DNA of 64,000 bases from Eutreptiella sp. 'Long Island Sound 2002' (GCA_964036045.1 OZ038378.1:15376001-15440000), one strand, 5' to 3'. Positions 24,050 to 37,409 are shown, numbered from the stretch's first letter. Made by a program: numbers and translations. Notes: generated by a model not told the origin, from the sequence alone.

Positions 24050-24870
24050 ATTCTTGTCCCCTTTGATGGGGACCCCCGAGAATGCAGGTTTTACGTAGCA
24101 CTTTCGCCCTCATGTGGGCCCCCGAGAAGGCAGGGGTGAGGTAGCCACTTTTGAGTTTGTCCCCTTTGATGGGGACCCCCGAGAACACAGGGGTTATGTA
24201 GCACTTCCGCCCTCACGTGGGGCCCCAAGAAGGCAGGGGTGCGGCAGCATCATGTCGCTGCAACTATTTGATTGAGGACTGTAATTTTTTCCCCTGTACC
24301 GTGTGACATGTGACATAGGTATAGATACGGTGGAGCTGTAGTGTGCACTGCTTGAAAAAGGTGAAGTCCTTTTTTGTCATGCTTATGATGGATATCGAAA
24401 AAAACCACAAAAATTGGGTATGTGACTAGCAATTGTTTGTTTTACCATGTGGGTGCGTTGCAGTTGTTTTCCACAAATTTCATGTATATGAGCATCTATT
24501 TTACAAGTTTTGAAAATTGCAATTTCAGGGTTGCTGCATGTGGGGGTCCACACAATCTTTTTGAAATTGTAACCATAGCACGCTTTTCCATTGGAGCCCC
24601 TAGCGAAAGAAGCCGTCTAAGAGCCAATTTTCATTTTGTCCCTTTTGATGGGGATCCCCCAGAATGCAGGGGTTACGTAGCAATTCCGCCCTTATGTGGG
24701 CCCCCGAGAAGGTAGGGGTGAGGCAGCCACTTTTGATTCTGTCCCCTTTGATGAGGACCCCGAGAACGCACCGGTTACGTAGCACTTCCGCCCTCATTTG
24801 GGCCCCCGAGAAGGCAGGGGTGAGGCATCCACTTTTGATTCTGTCCCCTTTGATGGGGACCCCTGAGAAG
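24050..24870. repeat. 103-bp satellite, 5 copies, interrupted by ~380 bp between copies 2 and 3
   Basis: GTCCCCTTTGATGGGGACCCCCGAGAA... starts at 24056, 24159, 24638, 24741 and 24843. Confidence 0.9.
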
Positions 24871-27800
24871 CACCGGAACGGAAGTCGAGTAGCGACTCCA
24901 AAAGGCAGCGGACGTAGACGATTACTTGAGGTGCACATGCAGGCGCATAAGACGTTACGCTATGGCGGGGGGCTTGGGACGAACGCAGTGCAAGCGGTGC
25001 CTTGAGGAATGGATATTGTAGTGAAAGTCGTAGATGGGTCTATCCCCTAGGGAGCTTTTTTTTGGGTGCGAAGTGCATGCGTCAACCAGTTCCGCGCATT
25101 GCCGCGAGACACACAATAACACACAACCATAGTGTGACAGACGATGTATTGGCACACCCGAAGTTCCGGGATTGGGCACCGCGTGAAACACGAAACGACG
25201 CGATGTGGGATTGGGCTCCCCATGAAGCGGTGCTCCGAAACGCGAAACAATTCGAAACCGCCGTATTGTGCGACTGGGTATCCCATGAAGCGGTAATGCG
25301 AAACGTGAAACGTGACGAAACGTACGCCTTGCAGGATTGGGCACGCTGCGAGGCACCCTCTTCGGTGTTGGGCCGCGCCGAAGAGAAATCGTCCATACCC
25401 CCCCCCCCCCGGCAGGGGGTTTGGGCGGCTACAACCACCATTGCATTGGTGAGGAGGTAGAGTGAAGGCCTCGGTTGTTGTATGCTAACCCCTTAGGCCA
25501 CCGCGTCCCTGCCACACCTGATATGTGAAACAGTAGCATCAAGTAAGCATGCAAAGATCCGTCGCTTTTGAGGCAAAATACCCCCCGATTTCCTTTTTCA
25601 TGCCCAAAAAAATGGACAAATACACACTTCTGCACATCCAAGGTAACTGCTCGCGGCGCGTTTTGGAGAATTTCAGTTGCGTGCAAAAGGGGTAACCCCC
25701 CCCCCCTTTTTCAAAGTGGCCAATTTTAGGCAAAACCCCATGACTTCACATTTCGCAGACACGCCCCCCCCCCCCCCGCCCCGGCTCAAAGACTTTTGGA
25801 AGAATGCCCCTACCCTTTCAGGGTCGCCTCATCACGGATCAACAATTTTGTCGGGGAGGACCCCTTGTGTTGCTAGCCCACCCATGAACCTCCATTAGCT
25901 AGCCATCTCGGCTGTTCTTTGCACGACCGTGTGGATTGCAACTTTGGGCTGATGTTCATACTATGTGGGGACCGGTGCCCAGGTGCGGGCACCATTAAAA
26001 TACATTTGTCTGTCATGCTGTCCAACTTGGGCCACATGGCCCACACACCGGCCGGAGTGGACCATTGGTTTGCCAACTGCAGCAGCAAGGACTTTGGCGC
26101 GCTCTAGCAGAAAAATCTACAGGTCTATGCTGCAAACTTTCTAAAATGCCATTTAAATTAATTAATTAAAGTGTCCCAATTCAATTTCAATCGCGGTTTT
26201 TTTTTAGAATTGGAACTCCTTTTAAAATACTAATTGAGAATATTTCATTTCCTTTTGGAACTGCAACCCATTGTTGACAAGGGGTCCGTCTAGCAGTTGG
26301 CAACACCAAGGCTAGGCGGCGATAGCCCATTCTTTTGCCAGATGCTGGGGTGTTGCATGAAGATTTGTGTTCTTGTTGTTACATGTGTGTGCATTTCTAT
26401 TTGCCAAATGGCGGAATGTTTACGGATAGTAAATTTGAAGGTGTGTGAGCCAAAGCGCAAGTCAGAACTCAAGGTAGCACCAGCGCCTAAGGGCAAGGTA
26501 GCCACAGCCCCGCAACAAGTAATCAACCCAACTTGCCTCCCAAAAGTAGAAAAGGGTTGATAGTAGGTACATACAACCCCCATCTCCCATATTGGCAATC
26601 CATTTTCGCCGATTCGTTGAGTTTCTGAATTTCGTTGATACATGTCGCGGATGCAGAGGGCTTGTGGATTAGCTGAAACAAACAGCCTTAAATTGGATGC
26701 CTACTTTAATTTCTTTGGAAGCGGAATGCATATTTTTTGGTGCCGTGGTGGGGTTGTGGTGGGAGTATGCAGCCATTTTGATTTCTTACCCTGCCTGGAT
26801 ACTCAGGGAGTGTTCTTGCTGCAACCATGAGGGTGCCCCCATGGTCCCTTGGGCCAATGTGTCTGCTGCAGATCAGTCTCTGCTGTAGCAAAGGTTTACC
26901 GAATATGTCTGATGGTGCAGCTTGCAATTTGTGTATTCGCTCTACAACGCCCAATACATTCTTTGCGCATGAGGGTGCACCTACACCTGCCGCAACAACA
27001 GATGCGTCTGCAGATTCTTTTGGTGTAGTGTCTTCATCTACTACCATGCCCTCTACTACAGAGTCTTGTGCTGTAACGTCTATTGCTTTGCAAGCGGCGG
27101 ATGCGGTGCCAAGAGAGGCCCAAAGCAAAGCGGTGAAGAAAGGGGGAACTCCCTGTGTGCCGAAAACTGTTTCCTTACTAGCCCGGGTTGACAAATTTGG
27201 CCAGTACGGGTTGTATGACAACAATGGCCTCTAGTATTGTCACCCACGGTGAGAAAGTAGATCGCGCACGGGAGGACTCCTTGACAATTCATTTAGCATT
27301 GGGGACACAATTTTTCGTTGGCATCAGTGCCTTGGACCCTCAGCACAGACCACTGACCTACCACCCAACTCTTCGTATTTGAGACAAACTACCAAATAGA
27401 GACTGACCGCCGATTTTTTTTCAAATATTTCAACATACAAAGGGTTTGCAAATACCCCAAAATGCATAACCACCCCTCGGCCTCAGTGTGCACAATAGGC
27501 AGGGTCGGGCAAAGTTTAGTGCTCACAAATATGTTTACCTCTCTGTCCCACGTGGATACACAAATTTTTACAAAGTTCCTCAATTTTTTCTGGAATTGCC
27601 CTTTTTCTAGCTTGGAAAATGCGCGTTGTGTGTGCATGGTATGGGGGGCATTGTTGTTGTTTGGTATTGGCAATTGTGGTGGGTTTCCCTGGTGGAGGAT
27701 GTACAATATTTCGATTTTCAACCTTTTTCACCATTTTTCATCCTTCCTTGTCCTTGGAAATTTGATAATGATGATGGAGAATCACATTATGACTCATACA

Positions 27801-28846
27801 TGGCATTGCAACAAGAGCGTGGTGTGTGTGTGTGTGTGCATGTGTGAGCAGGAGCCTGAGTGTGATTGTGAGCAAAGTAACCGCAATCCTTGTGAAGCCC
27901 CTTGCCACAGGGGCTGCGTGGTGCTATGGCCCACAGGGGAAGCACATTGGAGGTATCAATGTGACGCGAGAAGGGCGGCGCACGTGCTTTGAATTGGGAG
28001 GCCAGACTGACGGAGCTGCGAGCTAATGGTACGAGGATAATGATGGTTTCGGCAGGAGTGGAGGGAAGAGAGTAAAGGGTATTGTTCAGGGGTACGCTGG
28101 AGCTGCTGCAGCATTTTGCCATTCTTCTTTTTCACCAGCTGGGACTCGAGTTGGGGGATGTGGTCAAGTGCCGCTACATTTGCTTGTGTGTGGACTAAGA
28201 GAGAGGAAGTAGAAATGGTGGTGGGCTCATACGGGATGACGGGGTATGATGAGGTCCTGAATCTGGCCCACTAAGTGACCTGGGCTGCAGGACAGGCAGT
28301 AGGTGACCTGAGCCTACCCAACACCCAAGCCATAGTGCGAGCCACGGACTCAATGCAACATTCAGCACTGGTGCAGTGAGGTTCGCAGAGTTAGGGAGAT
28401 GTCCAATTTAACATTTTGGTTGAACTCGAGCGCTCCAATTCGTCATGGCCGGTGCATTGACCAGCAATGTTTTGCCATCAGACCACGGGATGTTAGTGAT
28501 CTGCCTATCTTAGTAAAGAAGTGCCATTGGAGGGGAGAGGTAGTTTTTGGACAGGGCGGGTGCATTTGCCTGGCATCCTACTTCTGGACAATAGAGTAAA
28601 TGTAAAGTCACAAACCCTCCATGCACAGCGCATCTGGATTGTCATGGGAGAGATTGCGGAGGGCAAGGACTGGGAAGGGGGGGTCTCTGTGGGGCGACCT
28701 CTCTGGACACTGTGCCATTCACGCGCCTCCGATTTGCATTTTCACAGCCTTTGTTTTCACAGCAAGTGAGCGATTTCGGTCGTCGCAGATCGGCGCTGTC
28801 AAGATGCACAGGCTGCAGTGACTCGCGGCTGCGCCGGAGGAGGCAG

Positions 28847-29355
28847 ATGAGCTGCACCATGTCACATGAGCGCGAGCAGTGCGACCATGACAACAGCGGG
28901 GCCCTGGCAGAGGAGCTGTTGGACGGAAAGGGGTACGCGGTGCTCCGCGGCGTGCTAAGCCCCGAGCAGTGCGCGCGTGGCCGGCAGCTGCTCTCTGGCC
29001 GCTCGCTGAACTGTGTGTGGGTGCAGCGCTCGCAGCGCATTCTCGAGCCCCTTCTCCTTGACCCCGCGTTCTTTGGGGGCGAGGTCCTGGGGGCCCTGCC
29101 CTTCCGTGAGGCCTTTGAGCGCGTGCTGGGCCCCAGTCTGCAGCTGGGCTCGTACCACGCGTTGGTGCTGCATCCGGAGTCCGCCCCACCGACGGAGGAG
29201 GCCATGGATGCGCATCACGCCATGAACCTGCATGCGGACTACCCCTTCGGGCACGCCAACGAGAGCTGGGGAAATGCGGGGTGCGAGAACCCCAACGCGC
29301 TCTTCACGTGTCAGGCCCTGTGGATGCTCACGGACTTTACCCATGACAACGGCAG
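28847..29355 (+). CDS. Phytanoyl-CoA dioxygenase (PhyH)-like Fe(II)/2-oxoglutarate oxygenase, exon 1
   Basis: ATG at 28847 (alternative 28859). Contains GYAVLRGVLSPEQC (PhyH N-terminal motif), the HxD iron ligands LHADYP at 29231-29239 and ALWMLTDFTHDNG. Donor GTGTGG at 29356. Confidence 0.85.
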
Positions 29356-30461
29356 GTGTGGCCTTCTGTGGTGCACGAGCCAAGGCCAGTCCTGGACTTG
29401 CCAGTAGCGTGCAGCGCGACGGGGTCTCGCTCAAGCTTCGGACAATGTGCCGCTTGGTAATACCCTCCCGCTTTGTATCTGGAAGTCAGTAGGAACCAGC
29501 AGCAGGCAACTCTGGTCAGCCCTCAAAGGGGCGCAAGCTGTCGAAATGGGTTCAGTGCATGGAATGACAAGCTGGAGGGCAATCAGGTGTTGAGGCATAC
29601 GCTAAGTCAGTGCCTCCAGCGTGACAAATGGGTGGCTGGCATTTGGCGGTCGGCTGACGTTTGTAGGTGGCCGACCGACGGGAACCGTGTACCAAATGTC
29701 ATGCAAAGCCCTTTCCTGTCTTTACACTCATGGAAAGCCCGTGCGCATACGTGCGCATGATGAGTGCTTGTTCCTGGAGGGCGATGACGAGTGCCACGAG
29801 GTCCGCGTGTGTCACCGTCGGGGCTGCATGCAGGTGCGGCCTGATCTACGTGCGGGCGCCACTGCTCACTGCCCTCTGCCCACTACCCTGTCACCCTCGG
29901 GCTGAACCCCCCCCCCCCCCTCCGAGGGGTCCGAGGGGAGTCTTTCAAGAGACATTATGTTATGGGCCCTCCCCCCAAACCACCCGCCTCCTGGCTGGAC
30001 GGCACCGTACAGATCTCAAATGTATCCTACAGATTTTGCCTTCACACCTGCGGACCATTGCAGCGTGAACTATGAATGACCTGGAGGGTGCAGAAGCCTT
30101 GTTGTCGGATGCGCTCGGCAGCAGAGCCTGAACAAGCACACATGCTGAGGGCATGCAGTGAATTTCTTCGTATACCGCCAGTTTGCTCATCATCAGTGGT
30201 GCGGGAGAGCCGCGGGCTTGTTGTGCACGGGAATGGCTGCACGTGACGCCTCTGACGCCACGGCGGCAGTATTGGCAGTGGGGTTAGCATTCCACTCGGT
30301 CCCAAAAGACTGCGCTTTTCCTCTCCCACCCCCACCAAACACAACCGACGTCAAGCAACTAAAGCAGGTCACACAACAGACACACCGGATACCCACCCAC
30401 TGGGTGTTGCCTCCTTTCGATCCCTCGGCCCGCTCCCCTGCTCACGCCTTCTGCACCGCAG

Positions 30462-31182
30462 CACAATGATCCTCCCGAAGAGCCAACGCCGCCGCTCGCC
30501 CACCGACGCAGACTACCCGGAGTTCAAGCGCGACGCCGTGACCATCACGGGCCGGGCCGGGGACGTGCTCGTGTATCTGGGGCAGTGCTGGCACACGATC
30601 TCCGTGAACCGCACGAGGGCCGCGCGGGCGGCTCTCCTGGGGCAGTTCCTCCCCTACTACTTCAAGCCCATGGAGAACCACGCGTGGATGCTGCCGCGGT
30701 CCGTCACGGCGGCGCTGCCCCCGCGCACCGTCGCCCTCCTGGGCGTGCCCTACGCGGCGTTCCTGATGCACTCCACGCGGCTCAACCCCGCGCCCCGCGG
30801 CCTCTGGTTCGCAACCCGCTTCTTGGCGTCGAGCCTGTGGCAAGGGTGGGAGCCTGCGGTCTCCCCCGCGGCCCTGGACATGGGGCTGCGTGCCGTGGAG
30901 CCGCAGCTCGCGCCCTGGCTCGGCGCCGTGTGGCAGACGCCCGAGGCCCGCAAGCGGCTGCTGCGCCGGGCCGCGGGGCTGTACTTTGCGTGGCCCCGCG
31001 GCGTCGCCGCTCTCTTCGTGTTCGCGGCGCCAGCGGCGATGGCGTGCGTTGCGTTTGGCGGCGCTGGGGAGGGGCTGGACGGGCCGGGGCGGGCGGCGGT
31101 GCTGTTTGCGCTTGGGGTCTTGGGGACAGGCCTCGGCGCAGCGCTCGGGGCGCTGATCGTCCTGGAGCGGCTGCGGATGTGA
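30462..31182 (+). CDS. PhyH-like oxygenase, exon 2 (distal His plus hydrophobic C-terminal extension)
   Basis: Acceptor ctgcaccgcAG at 30460-30461. Splicing rebuilds DFTHDNGSTMILPKSQ (PhyH D-x-T-x-x-NG-x-T...P-x-S motif). Contains AGDVLVYLGQCWH (His at 30592) and R-x-ALLGQF; stop TGA. Spliced CDS is 1230 nt = 409 aa. Confidence 0.85.
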
Positions 31183-34100
31183 GGGCTGGCTCCGGCTGCA
31201 CTAGGCGCGGTGCCAAGGGGGGGTCAAGGGGGGGATGTCGGAGGGGCTCTGAGGGGGGAGCAGCGTCCGGACGGCGCAAACCCCCTGAAAGGGCGGCAGC
31301 GAAAGGCAGAGTTGAGGTATCCGTGACCGGGTCGCCATTTTCAAAGCCATACACCGAACCAGAAGCATGTGCTTGGTGACGGGGTGGAGTGCCTCCCTCC
31401 AACAAGGCGATGGTCCATGTGGCAGGACGTGCATGAGCCCGAAAGAATCTCCCGGGGGCTGTCTCAACCGACATTACTGTCAGCCCCGGGCGGGGCGGCA
31501 GGGGTACAAAAATATCTGTGCCCAAAAACAGTCAAACCGGTGGCGAGGGAGCGGAGCGGGCATGTACAACGCGTTTGGCAGGGGTCCAGCGGCCCAAAGC
31601 TGGTGTTAGGGACTGCCCTCAGTGACAACCGGTGGTGGGTCGGTCCTGTGGACGAGACCACATGTACGCTCTGATGTTCCATGCTGATGGTCTGTGTGGG
31701 TGGGTGTGCTCCGTCCGTCTGTCTGTACGCCCTGAGCCTCCCAGACTACCCGATGAGGGGGGCGTCGTTTGGAAATCTTGGGTGGGTCCGTGGTCTCGCA
31801 CGCCCTCCCCCTCCCGCGGGGGGTGCGACATTTCTTGCTCCCTGGGTCTGGTCGCGATGGGCTGGTACTGTTGCTTTGGCGTCGTTGCTTTGGTGTCGGC
31901 AGCCGGGCTGTGAGTCACGTCTGTTCTGTTTGCTTCGCCTTTTGCGTGGGATGTTGGCATTCGGAATACGCCCACCTCTGGAATGAGGTCGTATTGATCA
32001 AATGTGGACGGCGTGCATTAGATACCCAGACACGTGAGAAGTTTCGTCCACAGGCGTCACACCGTTTGCTTCAGTTTCCTTCACATCTTACATTGGAGCA
32101 TCAATTCACCTTCAGCGTGCTGGTTGTGGCTGTCCTTCTCAGAAACCCAAATGCCTGAAACCTCTGGAGTAGACTGGATGAGGTAAGCGCGGTTGTGTGC
32201 CATGCTGAGACTTGCTGACGCGGCAATGAGCCTCTTTGCTGAGGCTTTGTCCACGTCACCGACCTCCCTGTACGGGTCTGTTGGATACATGGGCATGGAC
32301 ATGTGCACGTACAATGCAGCCCAGGTTGTGTGCAGCACTCGGTAGGAGCCAGCCGTGTGTGATGTGTGACTGAGTAAGACCCACCCTCGTCTGATGTGTG
32401 ACTGAGTGTGCCCCAGTAGGATGCAATTGCATTTGATGGACGACAGTCAAGCTTTCCACGTCAGCACGCTGGGCTCCGGTGCGGCCTCAATCGGATCCAT
32501 TCCAACCTTCACTTCTCATACTCTCTCATCATCCGTTGCTGATCCGTTCCACATGTACTCTGCCTGTACTTTCGTCACCATGCCTGTGCATTGTGATGCC
32601 CATCTGTCGAGAGACAGCAATTTGACAGCGAATCACAAGGGACTGAATGTCGTTTCGCAGCCCTCGACAATCCCGACATGATCAGTTGGGGACAGGCATG
32701 GGCTTAACCACGGGGGAAGGGGGCAGGGCGGGAGGGGTTGATTTGCCAGACCAACCCACCCAGGTTTTCGGGAAACCCCACGAACCCCATGAAAGGCGAG
32801 GGGGGAGGGCACATCCCCCCCCACCCACCCACGGCACATGCAATGCGCACGGGTGCGAGGAGGGTGCGTGCGTGCGTGGCGAAGACACGCACCTACGACG
32901 AAACCCAATGTCACAATCAGCGGCTTCATTTTTCCTCCAAGAAATCTGGCAAACACACTCTGCGACGGATGGAGACAATTTCGCGGGAAACAGTGTGCTG
33001 TTTGCAAACCGACAAAAGCAAAGAAGACATTTTCGTGGTTTCAGCTGCCTGCCCACCGACCCCAAGAATATGGCGGGAAGAAGTGTTGATGGCAATCTCG
33101 ACAACAACAGAGGCTCGATGCCCATCAGACCTGTATGGGACCAGTTTGTATGAATATCCCGGCGTACTAGGTGTCTTGGGGAATGCCATGCACGTAGTGC
33201 GCGCGCAGTGCAAAGTTTTGGATGTCGGCAAATACTCGAACCCTAATTTTGGCCCCTTTTCACAAGTTTTTGGTTCCGCACCAGAGTTTTTTTTAGCTTC
33301 TGAAGCATTTAGGATGTGGCACATTTGAATTGTCAACCATTTTTGCCCATTTTCAACCATTTCCCCCTATATCCTCCCCCGCATGGGCGTTAGCGCACGG
33401 GGTGCGCACCGGGCATCTTTGAGGGAGCGTTCTTTTGGTCCTTCAACCTTCCGGTGCTATTGAGGAAACCGGGCCAATCTTTCCTACGGTCGGTGTTACG
33501 GTTGTAACTCGGCCCCCTTCCTTGCGTTCATGCCTCTCCCATGTTTGTTGCCAAATGTCAAACGGGCACCCTGAGCCTGGTATGTGGTCATACAACTCCA
33601 GGGTGTCTGGTGCGGAACTACTGTATTTTGCACTTTGTTCGTAGAATACACATGTCAATCTCCACGGACCTTGAGGAGTTACTGGTACGGCGTTCATCCC
33701 CACCACATCACTGTCCTCGCCATCAACAAGTGTGTCGTGTCCACACTCAGAATCACCACCGCCCTCCCCTTCATCCTATTTGCTACCAGACAGGTGACAG
33801 GTATTCTTGGGTGAGTATCCCGGCCGCTGCGTGACGCAGTGCAAGAACTTGGCCTTGGTATTCCCTTGCCCTTGAGTGTGCTGGATCAGAAGTTAGTAGG
33901 TACCAGCCCCGAGGGAGTGTGTCTCAAGCCTACAGACCCCAACAAGGTTCACTCAGTCTACTCTCCCTCTCCCAAACCCTGGGAGTGAGGCTGGGGAAGG
34001 GTCAAAGGTGCTTTGCCCTCACATTGCTGTGCGACACCGTTCTGTTTTTCCCAACCCCCTTTTCTTATGTTTGGGCCTGGAGGGGTTTTACTCATTTTAT

Positions 34101-36070
34101 CCAATTTCCGAGGACCCCCGTCCCGATTTCAGTGGCAGCATTGCCGTTAACCGACGGCAGTTGGCGCCCGTCCGACACTTGTTGCTCGTCAACCAACGCC
34201 GGCCACGGTCGGCCAACGCTCCTTTGACGTCCGAGTGCACGGATCCGGCAGATCTCATTCATTTGTGTACTATTACTGATCTCGTGGCGGGGGGCCTCGC
34301 TGCATTGCAGCGTACCTCGCATTCACCAACCTCTTGATGATCCCCACCCATTGTCCAAGACCATGATAGTCTCCTCTTACACGGGATGGGTTGTCGGGCA
34401 CGTGGCGCGGGCACCCTACGTCCAGCATTCAGTTTGTTTTGTCTGTGAGTGGTGGTGCACAGCACATGCAGCATGGGGTATTGGCCCGCATCACGGGCAA
34501 CCCGGGGTGTTCTCTGGTGCGTGGAGTGCTGAAGCTCGGAACCCTCAGGGGTGCACAGTAGCGGGGAATGAGTGAGTGTCGCATGCGCTCGAACGTCCAG
34601 GCCATGAGCAGAGGCCGAGCTTCACTTTTGCCATCTGAGCACCGGGTTTTGGTAAAGGCGCTTGTGTCAGACGGCCGTGGAGTGGTGCCCAAGTTTGATG
34701 CGGAGGCTGTGTCTTGAAGATGTGCATGTGCATGAATTATGGTGATGGGCAGCGCCACACGAGCGCTGGACGCCATCCACCCCTTCCCCCCCCCGTCGCC
34801 CGAGCACCCTCCTCAGGGTGAGACACCAACCGACAGTCCCGCCCCTCCAGCCACCAGCGTACAGGGCAAGCGGGGTATGGCGGGGGTAGAGGCAGGTCCG
34901 GTGTAGTCCTGCTCAGGCACCCCATCCCCATGTGAATGGACCACCCATATCAATGCACCCCCCTCCCCCCCCCGGGCACTTTGAAAAGTACACACAACAC
35001 AGGTGAATAGCCACAAATGCCGAAAACCACCAAAAAAAAAGTGGCCACGGTGAGCTCTACAAAACATCACGCAGATGCAAGAGGTGCAAAGCATACAAAC
35101 AAACGATGCTGGCGCGCATGTCAATGGAGCCCCCACCCGGAAACAAGAATCATCCTGTCGCTGGACCCCCCACTCAGAAGCACGAATCGTGGACCTGGGC
35201 CGTTGACATTTGGGGGGGGGGGGGCTTGGCTGGAAACAATGGACAGCGCAATTTTTGAACCCTGTTTCGTGTGTCCCTGAAAGTCATCTCATATGTGAAG
35301 GTGAGGGTTTGGGTTCCCACTCTGGCATCATGTCGAATCGCATTGCCTGAAGGCTGACGCTATCCAAACCATCCACCCATGGGATGAGGTTTGCGTGGGG
35401 CTTGCCTGAGGGTTGGCGACACCCCTACCAACGCCATGCGGTGCATCCGATACACAGACACAAGGTATAGGGATTGCCTCTGCATGTTCTGCAAGCCCCC
35501 TGCTATGGATGAAGGGTCGGAGGCGGCCTTTCCCCCTGATATGGATTTCTGGTGTTGACAGTCCTATCCCTGGAGTGTGCACCCAAGGCCGTAACGCGGC
35601 CCAAACGAAGTTTTTTTGAAAAAAAGTACCCCATGATATGTACCTCAAAATGATCAGCGCGTCGTGGCGATCATTTTGAGATATGTATGTTGGGCTACCC
35701 CGGACCCCCCACGCCACCCCACCCCCTGTGGCCCCGTCTGGGGTCCTGTCACGGGAGCCACCCCAGGGGTGGTGGGTCTGGAAAATGGGCCTAAACGACC
35801 CCCCCGTCCCCGCAAACCCTCCCCCCCCCCCGCCACCCCAGTATCACTGCGGTGAGCGCCGTAATAGGATTCTGTCATCATGTGCAGTATCATACCGCTT
35901 GCTGTGGCTCAAGCATCGATCGGACCCCCGCCCCAAAAACAAACTTGACCCTTGTCTTTGACCCTGCGCTGCGCTGTCTGCCCTCCCCTGCTTGCTCCTC
36001 CGACCCGATGTCACGTATTCTCCGCAGCTCTGATCCAGGACACCTTTTCGGTGTCTTTCCAGTGTGCCCT

Positions 36071-36529
36071 ATGTCTGACAGTGTGCACAGGTTTGTGCAG
36101 TCCCCGAGTGCCCAGTCGTTGAGCTCGTCCCTGGGCCCCGCCAGCAGATATTCGAGGTCCTCGCCCCCCTCGGATGCAGGACGCCGCTCCCCTGGCACCA
36201 TCCGTACCGCAAGTGCCTCGAGGGGGTCCGTGACCCTGACCCGGACTGACGCGCTGACCCGTGACGAGGAACTGGACGAATTGAAGACGGAACTGGCGCA
36301 GGCCAAAGCGGAGCTGAGGTTGAGGGAGCGGAACCTGCAGCGCACGTATGCGGACGACTATCGCGCCGAGTGCGTCGCCGATACCCGCGATCTGCTGCAA
36401 GAGACTCGGAGCAGACTGGACGTGGCCTTGGCGGACAATGCCCGCCTCGAAGCGGCCAATCAGCGCCTGGCGCAGACCGTGTATGAGCGGGAGGACGCTA
36501 TTCTGCACCGGGAGCTCGAGGCACGGAAG
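36071..36529 (+). CDS. Coiled-coil protein (~979 aa, 8 exons), exon 1
   Basis: ATG at 36071 lies 8 nt after a pyrimidine-rich ctttccAG. Ser-rich start, then heptads (DEELDELKTELAQAKAELRLRE). Donor GTGCCC at 36530. The true start could be further upstream (ATG 36008). Confidence 0.75.
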
Positions 36530-36905
36530 GTGCCCCCGCTCTCATTGGTGTTCTGGTGAAAAAAAAACTCAGCTTTCATGAGAAACGGGCAAGGGGCCAC
36601 ATTATGAAGTCGGTGCCAACTTTATTGTGCTCTTGATTGTGCTGTGTTTGTGGGAACGAGGGGCGTTGAAACGATTTTTGTGGCCAAAGCGTTGGCTCCC
36701 CTTCAGGGCCATTTTAGGAGGGGGTGAAAATCAGGACGTTCCCGGTGTAGCCGCCGCAAGTCCCCCCCCCCTTCTGTTCCGGAATCGCTGAACACTATTC
36801 AGGACGGGTATGGACACGGAGTGTGCGAGTGACTGTTCCTGAGGTGGACACCGTGCATCCCACACCGCCCTGATCCCTGATCTATTTGTGTGTCCCCCCG
36901 CACAG

Positions 36906-37226
36906 AGAGACACCACCAGTGCCGACGCATTTGAAGCACAACTTTTGGAGAAGGACATGCAAATCCTGCGCCTGACCGACGAGCTACAGATTGCGCAAAG
37001 GGCAGCTGATCAGGGGTACGAGAAAGTGCTCCGGGAAAAGGACCGGGAGATCCAGGCGCTGCAGGGGCAGCTTCAGCAGATTGAGGAGTATGAGACCACA
37101 CTGCTGGGGAAGGAGCGAGAGCTGGCGCGACTGGGCAACATCTTGGTTGACAGGGACCGGGAGATTGCGCGGCTGCAGCAGCAGTTGCGACAGGCGGGTG
37201 GGTACGAGATGGCGCTGTTGGAGAAG
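36906..37226 (+). CDS. Coiled-coil protein, exon 2
   Basis: Acceptor ccccgcacAG at 36904-36905, donor GTTTGC at 37227, phase 0/0. Repeated EKD(M/R)EI..LQ.QL heptads. Confidence 0.8.
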
Positions 37227-37409
37227 GTTTGCCGCAGTTGTGTTCTCATCATCCCTGGCCATGGGGGGTCAACACACTCATTCATTGGCACCCCATTGCC
37301 CCGACACAACTCTTTCCTGGTCACGAAGGGCAACCTGACAAACATTTTGTGATCAGGCAAACTTTCATCTTCAATAACATGCTCTGCTCCACCAAGAGCC
37401 ACGCCCAGG

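Noticed and set aside
26290-28200. Possible transposase-derived ORF fragments (also at 38600-39900, 52420-52680 and 53900-54600)
   Set aside because: No catalytic motif or terminal repeat could be identified with confidence by eye; these need a TBLASTN/HMM search.
29745-29860. Coding-looking stretch inside the PhyH intron
   Set aside because: Exons 1 and 2 already join to rebuild the conserved DFTxxNGxT motif, so inserting this segment would break it.
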